Of a stretch of DNA of 64,000 nucleotides, positions 13,299-25,100 are shown one piece after another. A program made the translations under genes and the position numbers. The notes beneath the pieces are model-generated. The model saw only the letters and a list, made by a program, of their open reading frames with translations. It did not search any database and was not told where the DNA came from. The DNA is from Zygnema circumcarinatum SAG 698-1b (lineage: Eukaryota; Plantae; Zygnematophyceae). The DNA lies in NCBI GenBank assembly GCA_037447605.1, contig CM074820.1:1488001-1552000 (forward strand). Direction: 5' to 3'. Position 1 is the first letter of the stretch, and every line of letters starts with the position of its first letter.

Positions 13299-13688
13299 TC
13301 AAAGGGGTTTGCACAGACGGAGACGAATCTGGAAGTTCCAAACACAAAGGAGAATGGAACATGAATGGAGGCCATCGCCAGTTCTCATAGACAGACCCAT
13401 TGAGTCAGAGGGACTTTAGGGCTCAAAGCTGATCTTGCCTGGTTTTCACGGTTCAACGTTTTCAAAAGGTCCTTTCCATGGACCTGTGGTAAAACAAAAC
13501 AAAGCAAAACAAACAAAACCACCATGTTTGTGATGCTAGCTTTGTCCCAATCTTGTTGGTTTCTAAAAACTGAGTTATATTGGAAGTACCTTATACCATT
13601 TATAAGTATTTGAGTCCCGTGGATAGACCCCTGTGACCAGTTCACATTTGCTCTCTGTGTTCCCTTTGTTCACGTCCCATTGTTCCAT
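13299..13688 (-). CDS. Putative small spliced ORF (57 aa or more; exons 13688-13590, 13483-13439, 13328-13299)
   Basis: Canonical AAG|GTACTT donor, a very strong T-rich acceptor ending ACCACAG and a CAG|GCAAG donor, all in phase. The product is MEQWDVNKGNTESKCELVTGVYPRDSNTYKWYKVHGKDLLKTLNRENQIRLRLCKPL. No family recognised. Confidence 0.3.
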
Positions 13689-13966
13689 CACAATCAGGAC
13701 AGCGCCATCACTTTAAGTGCGCAGTCGCAGTTCGTTCCTTTGCGGCGAGTCGTGAACACGAGCCACCTTCACTCCACGTGCTGAATTCTATCCACATTTC
13801 CTATTGGGCTTTCTAGTAGTTAGCATTTGACGATTGGAACGCGCAACGATTAGTAATCATAGCTCTTTCAATTTGACCAAACCCTGAAACCCCTTCAACT
13901 AATTCATTGTACTTGGTAATTTTAAAGGGTCATCATTACATTACCAAATTCCTTGAAATTAGTAAA

Positions 13967-14924
13967 GGGTAGTGATATTTCCACCCCTTTTTTGGATCCA
14001 AACACCCCTTCCCGGCCGGGCAGATTTCAAAAGGGATTAAAAACGGAAAATGCTTTTTTCACAACTTTTTGGAATCGATACCCACCTTCTTCCGTCGGCT
14101 GATTTTATTTTTGCTAATCAAGGAAAATGATACCCCGTCACTGCATTTAGAATACTGTATCCCGCCCACCTGAATTTCTTTTCACGCGTGCGGTCAATCG
14201 CAGCCGTCGATTCCCTCGCAGATCGCAACACGGCAGATCACTATTTGATCTGCAGCCGGGCTCGGTCACAGGGAATGGCACGGGCCCACGTATCCCGGCA
14301 AAGTCGCCTCAAAAGTTTGTCCGTACAAATGTCGTACGGTCGCAACTTTGAGGAACCCAAAATTTCGTACATTCAGAGCTTGGACCAATCAAAATTTTCC
14401 ACGTAAAAAATGTAAGACGTGGCAGATGTTGATTGGCTGGAAGCTAACAATGACGAGATCTCGGGCCGAGGGACGCGTGCACTCGCACGTGCGATTCGGC
14501 TTTGACGGGACTCGTGGGCGCTTTCCATTCGCTAAGATCGAGCCCGGCTGCAGATCGAACGGTGACCTGCAGTGATGCGATCTGCGAGGGAATCGACAGC
14601 TGCGATTGACACACACGTGTGAAGGACGGACACCCGCAACCGATCTCGTGGCGGACGGATCTTCCACTTCGAGCGGATTCGGGCTGGCAGATATTTCTTT
14701 CCATCAACAAAAAAATTCAGGGAGGCGGGATACAGTATTCAAAATGAGGTGACGGGGTATCATTTTCCTTGGTTAGCAAAAATAAAATCAGCCGACGGAA
14801 GAAGGTGGGTATCGATTCCAAAAAGGTGTGAAAAAAAGCATTTTCCGTTTTTAATCCCTTTTGAAATCTGCCCGGCCGGGAAGGGGTGTTTGGATCCAAA
14901 AAAGGGGTGGAAATATCACTACCC
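13967..14924. mobile_element. Non-autonomous long-TIR DNA transposon (MULE-like MITE), 958 bp, 8-bp TSD TTAGTAAA
   Basis: Starts GGGTAGTGATATTTCCACCCC and ends with its reverse complement. About 210 bp of near-perfect TIR. TTAGTAAA occurs at 13959-13966 and 14925-14932. No coding capacity recognised. Confidence 0.9.
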
Positions 14925-15951
14925 TTAGTAAAAACATTGCGAAGCAAAGCCTCAGCTTGGTGGCACCTCCGATGCGTTATACGATATATCGACGATATAC
15001 CCCTTACACCGACACGAATACCATATAGTATCGTACCGTATCGTCATATGATTCCAAACCTCTTTCTACCGTTGATTTTTGCACTAATCGCGCCGTTCCC
15101 GAAACTCCCTGCCACGTGGTCCACTCTGTGCGCGCCACATGGCACACACCGCCGCCGCGGCGCGCGCTCCCACGTCAGGCTCGTGCCCACGCCACGCCAA
15201 TCGCGATCGTCCGATCTGCCGACGATCGCGCTGGCCCAATGTATACCGTCCGATGCGCCTGCCGCCGCGCTGTCCCCCCGCCAGAAAATGTCGCTCCCTG
15301 CGAGAAACCACAAGGAGGTCAAGATCCGCACGGGCAGCCCGGGAAGCGAGTATCCTCCAAAATTTAATGACGCAGCCAATCAGGAGCTGTGGGTGACGTT
15401 TTTTTCGAATGCCGGGGTTTACGGGCAGCACCACGTGGCGGCGGCGGTGGCCTCCCGCACGGCGCGCGAGCGCGGGGCCGTCCCCGCCACTCCTTGGACC
15501 TTGGCGCCGCCCCGCACGTGCGAACCGCACGCGCGAGGGAACACTCACACGTGCGGAAGAGGGCTCGCACCAACGAACGTCGCCACTTTGTTTTCGAGGC
15601 GAGGCGTTGGAAGGGGCGGACTGATAAGGGGGAGAGGGAGAGAGAGGGAGGGAGAGAGAGAGAGAGGAAGAGAGAAAAAGAGAGAGTTGAAGAGGGAGAG
15701 AGAGTTGAAGAGAAGAAGAGAAGAAGAGGGAGAGAGAAAGGGAGAGGGTGAGGAGTGGGAAGTGGGAAGAGAGGAAGGAGACAGTGGGAGGAGGGGGAGA
15801 GCACTAGGGAGAGGGAGAGGGAGAGAAGAGAGAAAGCATGCAGGCTGTGGCAGGAGAGGCGGCGATGTACCTGGGATGGCAGGCTGCGGGAGAGCAGGTG
15901 TTGGTGCAGGCGGAGAGGCTGCGATGGAGGGAGGGCGAGGGGAGGGCGGCC

Positions 15952-17907
15952 ATGGCTGCGCTCGGGCAGAAATCGCTGACCAGCAGGTGCGCGCCCTCCG
16001 CTCTGTTGACCTGCAGAGGGTGCCAGGAGAGGGAGAGGGGCGGAGGGAGGGAGGGAGAGAGAGAAATGGGAGGGAAGAGAGTGAGCGAGTGAGGGAGTCA
16101 GAAAGGTGGAAGCAGGGAGGAGAGAAATTGGAACGAGGGGAGAGAGGGAGGGATTGAGGGAGGGAGAGTGAGTGGGAACCAGGTCCAGGCCTTTTTGTGT
16201 ACTTGCCTTTCATACTGTTGTGGTAGATAAACAGTTAGGAAGCACGGTAGCTGTGAGAGCCTCCGTATGTCAGTTCTGAAGGACTGATTCTGTGCAACTT
16301 TTTTGTTCAATCTTCTTTACTGTCAGTTTCGAATTTATAAGTATGTTTTCTCACCTTCAACAGTGGAACACATGCAGGTTTGGAAACAAAAACCGCTTGT
16401 CGGTTAACTGCGGTGTGGGGAACGGAGCAGTAAATGGAAAAGTATATGGCGGAGCCAATGGAGTCGCTAGCCCGAGCATATACGCTGTTCCTAGAGGAGT
16501 GCTGTACAGCGAGCCACAAAAGAGCGGTGGAGATTTGAAGAAGAAGAATCTTGACAGGTAGTCAAAGAGCAAAGCCAAAACTGTTGACCAGTGTTGTTTT
16601 GAGATAAACGCGAACTTCTGGTCCTAAAGATGCATTAGCTTTCAAAGTATCGTGTTAAAACCGATCAACTAATTCTCTGGTTAGAGTAGTGACTTGACTA
16701 ACCAATCGAACCTGCACCTGCGTTGCGTGTTCAGCGAATCGATTGTGGAGACAGCGGCGGTGGTCGTAGAAGCTGCGAAGGTTTTGACTAAGGTGGAAAC
16801 TAAAGCAGAGGAAAAGGTGGGAGCTTCAGAGGGGTCTTTGAAGGGGTTCAGCGACATCGAGGAGGCGTTAGAAGCTGTACAACAGGGCAAGGTAGGGGTT
16901 CTTATTTTTCTCCTTCCCACCAAAATGTCAGCAAAATAGGAAACATCATAGCGACGTTGTTCTCTTTATCCTGACGCCCATTTCTACAGAAGTCATGTTC
17001 TGCTTTTGCTGCTGAATCCTTAGTTAGCTTCTGCTGAATATATTCCTGCTCATCACTTGCAGATCCTGCTTCTTGTCAACGAAAAAGAGTCAGGCAATGT
17101 CGGAAATTTCTTCACGGCGGGCTCTTTGGCTTCCGAGCAAAATATTGCCTTCATGGTCAACTATGGGAGCGGAATTATCTTCTCTCCCGCATCTTCAACA
17201 GTGTTGGACCGCCTTGACCTGCCTCTCATGGTGGAGGAAGATCTGGACAGCAGAGTCCCTCCACTCCCATTCACAATCACTGTGGTGAGAATTATAAGAT
17301 ACCCCATTCAATTGTCGGCAGTATTCTAGAAATTAGGCACTACAGTTTTCTTAAGAATGTCGGAATGACCTATCTGTGTTGTGTTGTGTGGATAGGATTT
17401 GAAGGAAGGTACATCCACAGGCATCAGCGCTGCAGACCGAGCCCTAACTATTCGCCAGATGGCGGCTTCTGATTCGAAGCCGGAAGATTTCCGGAAGCCG
17501 GGCCACGTCATCCCCTTAAGAAGCACAAAAGGTGAGGATTGGGGGAAAAGGGGTTCTAATTCGTCCTCAAAAATCTATGCATCGATCTATCTTCGATTGA
17601 CTAACGTGCTTCAAACCTTGAAATGCACTAGAATTTGAAGTATACTCTTCGATGATCTCTCCATGAATGACTCATTCTTTTGGTGTTACTTTTGTCCTAT
17701 GCAGGAGGGGTCCTCCAAGTGGCCGGCCACGCGGAAGCAGCAGTAGACCTTGCTGAGCTGGCAGGCCTACCACCTGTGGGTGTTCTATGTGCTGTGACAA
17801 ACAGTGACGGCAGCATGGCCCGACTGCCTGACATGCAGCTCATGGCCCGCCAGCATGGCCTCTGCCTTGTCTCCATTCCCGACCTTATAAAGTGAGTCCC
17901 TCTCCCC

Positions 17908-17939
<32 letters not shown>

Positions 17940-20692
17940 TCCTCTCTCTGTCTCATGCTCTCTCCCTCTCCCTGCTTCTGCTTCTGCTGCTGCTGCTCTC
18001 TCTCTCACCTCTTCCTCTCCCTGCTTTCTCTACCTCGCCTTGTCCTTTATTGTTTCCATATTGCACTTTCGCTTCCCTCGTCTCCTCTACATTGAGCCTC
18101 CTTCTTTCTCGCCCAATTCTCTCTCTTACACAGCATACATCTACTCCTGCCTGCCCATCGCCTATTCTTTGTCTCTCCCTCCCTCTCCCGCTCTCCCCCT
18201 CCCCCCCTATTCTCCCTCTCTCCCTGTCTCTCAAAATTTCAAGCATATACTGGTAACCCTGTCAGCATCAGATTAGTATGGAGGGAATGAGTAGTTGATG
18301 CCATGCAGGATCCTTCGTTCGAGGGAGTCATTATGAATGCTGTCTATAAGTTACAGTAGAAGTTTTTATGCGGCATTGATCAGTTTTGGTTGCACTTAAC
18401 TGACAACTGTCGCATGGAACAGGTATCGCCAAGAGAAAGAGAGGCTTGTGAGAAGGACGGCGGCTGCGCGGCTGCCTACAAAGTGGGGCGATTTTGAAAT
18501 CTACAGTTACACATCGCTAGTGGATGGAATCGAGCATGTTGCCATGGTGAAGGTGAGGCTTCTCTCACTTAACGCTCAGGAAGTGGAGAGGGCTGAGGGA
18601 GAGAGAGTGAGAGAGAGGAATGCAAGAGGTGGGAACAGCGTTATTGCTCAAAGTGCGTAGTTCAGTCGCTACAACTCCTTCAGTACTCCTTCCTTCCTTC
18701 CTTCTTCTCCTTCTTCCACTGTACTCTTAGTCCGTCCGTCTCTCTCCCCCGTGACGTTTTCCGCCTCTTTCATCCCTGCTCTCCCTCGCTCCGCCACTGT
18801 TCCATCTATCTCTCCCATCCTTTCAACCTGGTCAAACCTCCCATTCTTTCTCACTTACACCGTTCAATCCCAGAAGCCCCCAAACCCCACTCCCCAAAAC
18901 TCTGCTAAACCGCAAATTCCCTTAAAACTCACATCCCTGATACCGTAAAATCTCTTTCCTAACTCGCTCTCTTTTTCTCCCTCTCTCCCCCCCTCTCTCT
19001 TTCCTCCTCTCCCTCTCTCAATCTCTCTCGCCCCCTCCCTCTTTCTCTCGTTCTCTTCCTCTCCCTCCCTCTCTCCCCCCCCACTCTCGCCCTCTTTCCA
19101 CCTCTTTTTCTCTCTCCCTCTCCCTCTCGCTCTCCCTCCCCCCCTCCCCCTCCCTTTTTCTGTCTCTTTCTCTCCCTCTCTCCTCTTCTCTCTCCCCCCT
19201 CCCTCTCTCTCTCCCCTTCCTCTCTCTCCCCCCCGCCCCCGCCCTCTCTCTCTCTCTCCCCCCCTCTCTCTCTCCAGGGAGACATCGGCTCCGGAGAAGA
19301 CGTCCTATGCCGCGTCCACTCCGAGTGTTTGACCGGCGACATTTTCGGCAGTCAGCGATGCGACTGCGGCCCTCAGCTCGAGCAGGCGATGCAGCGCATC
19401 GAGCAGGCGGGGAGGGGGGTGGTCGTGTACATGAGGGGGCACGAGGGGAGGGGGATAGGGCTCGGGTTCAAGTTGCAGGCGTACAACCTGCAGGACCAGG
19501 GTAGGGACACAGTGCAGGCCAACGAGGACCTCGGACTGCCCATCGACTCTAGGGAGTACGGGATCAGCGCACAGGTGAGGGAGGGGAAGGAAGGGGAGGA
19601 GGAGGAGGGGGGGGGAGGAGGGGGAATTTTGGGGTTCCTATGAGGGTTTTTGTTAAGACGTTGTAGGTTATAGGGTGTAGTGTGGGTAATCTTTTGGGTT
19701 ACGTTCGGAAGGAGAATTTGGGTTTCGTATTAGGGTTCTGCTGGATAGTTTGAGGTTGTGAGTGTTTGATTTTTTGGGTTGTGTGTGGTTGGGACTGTTC
19801 GTAGTGGTAGTGGAATGAGGGGAGGAGTTTTGGTTAAAAGAGGATTGGATGTCGGCATTTTGTATGTCTGATTTGACAGTGGAATGGGGGTTCAAATTCT
19901 GGATAGGTTTGCAGTTTACTTTGCTTCCGAAAGAGCTACAGGACAGGCTGAAGCGAATCTTTGGGAACGAATATGGGCATCATTCTGGAATAGGACAATC
20001 CGCGGATACATTCTGACTTTTTACTCCCTTTTTTTGGGGTCGGGCCTTCGCAGATTTTGCGCGATTTAGGAGTTCGTTCTCTGCGGCTTATGACGAATAA
20101 TCCGGCCAAGTTTCAGGCTCTCACAAGTTACGGACTTGTGGTGAAAAAGAGAGTGCCAGTTATCTGCCCTATTACAATGGTAGGGCTTCCCTCTCCCTCT
20201 CATTGCCTTTGATTTGCAGCAGGAGTACTGTAGAAAGCGCTCTTAGTTTCGGGCTGATGTCCGAGTCTAAAATTATAAACTAACCCTAACCCTAGAGAAT
20301 CACAACTCAGGGCCAATTAATCAATTAATTAATTGCACTCCAGCGTTGAACCCATTCCCGGCAGGATGATTTCAATGCTAAGTTTCCTTGTGGTGGGGGA
20401 GAGATGTAAGGGGAGGGGAGGAAGAGAACGAGAGAGGCGAGGAGAGAGGGAGAATAGGAAACTACAATCTTGAAAAGAAAGCATTTTGGAGCTCATCTGA
20501 AAGCTGGGAGAGAGAGCTTCTCGAGGAGATCTACATACACATTGTGAGCTCATGGTTTTTGTCTGCAATGTGCAGGAAAATAAGCGCTACTTGGAAACCA
20601 AGCGTCAGAAAATGGGGCATTTGTACGCATCAGATTTGACGGCGCCTTTTGCAGCTTTAGAAGTGGAGACAAGAGAGCTGACCACTGAGTAA
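15952..20692 (+). CDS. RIBA3: Riboflavin biosynthesis protein RIBA (DHBP synthase-like + GTP cyclohydrolase II), RIBA3-like, with plastid transit peptide; alternative in-frame ATG at 15838
   Basis: Exons give [109 protein letters not shown] and [15 protein letters not shown], ending at TAA 20690-20692. Confidence 0.9.
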
Positions 20693-22132
20693 AAGAAGGT
20701 ACTTTCTTTCCCTTAACTTCCCTCCCTCCCTCCCTCAAACCTCCCTGCCTGCCTGCCTGCCTCTCTCTTTCCCCCCCTCGTATCCCCATGATTCGTTGAC
20801 TTCGTCACACTTGATGCTTAACTTTCGAAGATTCCGCCCTCTGATTTGGAACTCTGGGGGGTGCAGCTGCTGCCGACCTCGTTCTCCATTTTTTATTCAA
20901 ATGGGGAGCATCCCCATATTATCTGTCGACATGCAATCAAGCTTTCCAAGGAAGGCTTCCGCTGGTTCTCTCTCTTTCTCTCTCTCGCTCTCCCTCTCTC
21001 TCTCTCTCTCCTCTCTCGCTCCCCACTCTCGCCCCTTTCTCGCCTCTCTCTCCACTCCGTCCTCTCCACTCTCTCCTCTCTTTCCTCACTTTCCTCTCCT
21101 CGCACAAAAGTCAGCATTATTTCGAGTAGCATGAAGAGGGAGAACATTGACCTGCCTTCTCTCATTATTCGCATAATTTCCGGGGGATGACTGCGGCGCA
21201 GGAATAGTCCCTCCCTTTTTGAAGGACTAGACTCACTAGAGGTAGGCAGGGAGAAGAGGTAGGGAGGGAGAGGGAGGGAATTGAGTAGTGGGAGATGAGA
21301 GGGACAGGGCGAGGGGAGAGGGAGGGAGTGATCTCTGGGTAACGATTTTCTTGTACATTTGTAGGTGTATATTGGGCAAATTCAGTTTGAGGATGGAGGT
21401 TTTTATTTGCAGTTCAGCTTTTTACTTAGAAATGTTCGTTATAACAATAACAAGGCAACAATCCCTTGTTTTTTTTCCCCTTATCTTTATTTGGAAAGTT
21501 GCAGTAAAAATCACGAAGAATATATTCGGGAATTTGTGTGGAAAAAGAATTGTAACCACTGCCTTTAGTTACTCATATAGTCAAGATGGCTAAATTACTA
21601 ACTTGCAGCTGAAAAAGCAATTCTAAAATAAAATGTTCGCTACCTCGATTTCTAGGAGCTGGTCGAAACATGTCAGAAACGGCTCTTGAATCTATCCACT
21701 GCTACAGCGAGCACTCGCTGGAACGTGGAAACAAAAAATGTCAAAGTTTCAAATTTACTAAATTTCATTCATTGGCGAGAGCACGGTCTGCAAGAATAAG
21801 AACAGAATCTTTCAAAGTTAGAATTCACAAGTTGAAGGTGAAAGTTAGGTTTACGGCTAAATTTAGGGTTTTCACGAGTTAACAATTTCAGGTCGGTGAG
21901 GACCGTAGCCATTGAAGGTAACAGCAATGTACGCGGACCACCAGCAACTGAAAATCTTCATTTTCACATGCTGAGAGACTTTACAGAATCGGTTAAACAG
22001 AATCTGCTAAACCATTTACACAAGGACGCTTGTCTACAAAAATGGTCTCACCTGATAAAAGGAAATTTGTATAAACATATCACGAGCAATCTCTCTCCCA
22101 AAATTTCAGTTATCACAGAACTCAGAAGCCCC

Positions 22133-25100
22133 TCAATCGTCCACATAGATGCCTCGATCCTTCAAAATTCTGCGCAGAATTGCAATTTCTCCATCTTTCA
22201 AATAACTCTTCTGAACGAGAGATTCATTCTCCGCTTGAAGCGTTTCGACTCTCTCAAGAATCTCTCGCTTTTCGCTCTCCCCCTCCGTCCTCTCCCTCTG
22301 TGAAGCTTCCCGCAACTCCTTGGCTTTTCGCATCTCCTCTCTCACCTCTCCCTCCCACTTTTGCCTCCCCGCCTTCATTTCTCTCACTACCATCTCCAGC
22401 CTCTGCCTCTCTCCTTCTACACTCTCCAACTTCGCCTCACTACACTTACATGCCTTTTCTGAAACAGCCAATTCTGCCGCTAATCGAGCTTTTTCGCCTC
22501 TGAACACACCTAATTCTTGAATACAGTTATGAAGCTCCTCCTTTGTCTCCTTCCACTCTCTCTCTCTGTCTTTCAACCTCTCACCCAAAACACTGCTTTG
22601 GATCTCTTTTTCGACTAACTGTTGCTTCCATGCCTTGCTCTCCTCCTCCTTCTCAGCCATCTCCTTTTCCAAATCCGCTTTCGCCTTCTCTCTCTCCCGC
22701 AGTTTGGCTTCCAGCACACCCACCTTCCCCTCCCATACCTTCATCTCCTCTCTCACTTCTCCCACTCTCCTCCTCTCCTCCTCCCACTGCCGCGCCACTC
22801 TCTCTCTCTCTTCTACCCTCGCCTCCACCGTCTCCCCAAGCTCATCCACAACCCTTCTCATCTTCAACACCTCCTCTTCCGCCTCTTTCAACCTCCCCTC
22901 TAACCTCTCTACCTTCCCCTCCGCCTCCAACAGTAGCCCCTCTGCCTGCTCTCTCTGCTTCTTCTCCTCCTCCCTCCCTCTCTTCAACTCCTCTACTACA
23001 GCTCTCCCTTCCTCTGTTGAAAGATCCCTACTTCTAGCATCCTCCCTCAGCCTTCCCACCTCCTTCTTTACCTTCTCTAAGAGAGTTTCAAGCTGCCCTT
23101 TTTCTGCCATTACCATCTCTAGTCTCTGCCTGAGCATCCCATTGTCTTCTACATCCTCACTCGCTGCTGCTACCTCCTCTCTCGCTCTCTCCAGCAGCTC
23201 TTCTCTCGCCTCTACCTCCTCCTTCAGCCTTTTCCTTTCTGCCTCCACCTCCTCCAGTTGCTCCGCCAACTCCCGATTCTCCCTCTCAAACCTTCCCAGC
23301 TGCAACAAAACAAAAGGGGCAGAAGAGAAAGTGTGAGTCACAAAACCCCTTTATAACAAACAGAAACAACCCAACTCCAATCCAATTCCTCCTATGTCAC
23401 CCCCCTTCCAACTCACCTCACTTATCGCCTCCTTCAACTTCTCCTCCCTCTCATACACCATCCCTCTCCCCTCCTCTCGAAACTTCCGCGCCTCCGCCTT
23501 CGCCTCTCCCGCCCTCCTCTCCGCCTCCACCCTCCTCTCTCTCTCCAGCATCTCCCTCCTCCTTGCGTCCTCTCTCTCCTGCTTCGCACGTGCCTGTCCC
23601 GCTACCTCTACCGCCACTCTCTCCCTCAGCCTCTCTCCCGCCTCTACCTCCTCCGCCAAACGGAGCTCCGCATTTTGAAGTTCGACCTGTTTGGACTCCG
23701 CCTCCATCACTGCCTGCCGCATTCGACTCTCGTAGTAGCGGGAGACTCCCTACAAAACGACAAAAAAGAGAATTAGGGTAATGGTCTAGGAGGGCTTTCA
23801 GGTATGTTAGAGGAGTTAGGGAGTAGGAAGAGGGGATGAAGGTTCGTTGATGGCATCTGAAGTATAAGCTTTAGAGAACAGAATAACAATCTGATTTTGA
23901 AGCATGTTTGAAAGGGTTGTTGGGGGAATCTTAGACGGTTGAAAAGGGGAGGGGGGAGTGAGGAGGGAGAGGGGAGAGGGGAGACGGGAGAGGGAAAGGG
24001 AGAAACGATCTTTAGAGTTCATCGAAATTGTATGGGATACTAAGAATTTGAAGGGCTTGTGGGTTCATGTAGGGAAGCTAAACCCAGTTTTCTGTCAGCT
24101 ATATAGCATGAGAAACAGTTTGTTTTCTTGCATAGACAAATTTCAAACCATTTTTTAGTTTTGAAGGAGACGGGAATGCAGCCGCAAAACGAGTGTTAGT
24201 ACGAGAAATCGACGCTAAAACTGTAGGTTTGGAGGGGATGAGGGTGGTCAAAATAAAAAACAATTCGGATCCATAGGTTCCCGATTTGGTTTGGTTTTCC
24301 TTTCCATACGTACTTGTAAGATTTAGGATTTTAATTCTTCAAGATACTATATACTCCCCCCCCCCCCCCCACCCTCCCTTCCTCCCTCACCTGTGCGCCT
24401 ATCTCTTGGCTCCCCAGCAACACCTCCACCTCCCGCAGATGCTCTCTAAGAGAGGCCGCCTCATATGCCGCCCTCTCCTCCTTCGCTGCGATAGCCTCTC
24501 TCTCTGTCTCTACCTCCCTCAGCCTCCTCCACAGCTCTTCTACCTTCTCATCCTCTCCCCTACTGAGCCTGCCTCTCTCCCCCCCTCTCTCCCTCCCCGT
24601 GCCGTTTCCGTTCACGTGCCTCCTCCCTCCCTCCTCACTTCCCTCCCCTGCTACTACCACTGCCCCCTCCCTCCCCCTCTCCCGCTCCCTCTCTCTCTTC
24701 TGCTCATCCAGCACTCTCTCCAGCTCCCTCCTGAGCATCTCATTCATCCGCTTCAACTCCATATCCTCCGCCACTACCTTCCCCAACTCCTCCCTCCACT
24801 CCTCATCCCTATTGGCCTTTGCCACCTCCTCTACCTCTCTCATCTTCAGAAGGAGCTCCTCCTGATCTACAGCATTCCTCACCCACCCTCTCCCCCATCT
24901 GCCAACTCCCTTTCTCCTCCCTCGCAGCTGCTTTCCTCCCTCTCTCCCTCCCTCTCTCCCGCCCCCTCCCGCTCCCTCCTCCCTCCCGTACCCTCTCCCG
25001 CTGTTCGAGAGACTCTCTCTCCCACCATTCGCTACCACAACCTCCCACCCGTCGCTCTCCTCCGACCCATCGGGAGAGTCCTCTGTCCCTCCCTCCCACC

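Noticed and set aside
13690-13800. Possible box C/D snoRNA (TGATG...CTGA on the minus strand)
   Set aside because: The boxes are too close together, there is no terminal stem, and I recognised no rRNA guide.
14886-16157. 423-aa ORF
   Set aside because: It starts inside the MITE TIR and runs through promoter and GA repeats. Only a short stretch in another frame is the RIBA first exon.
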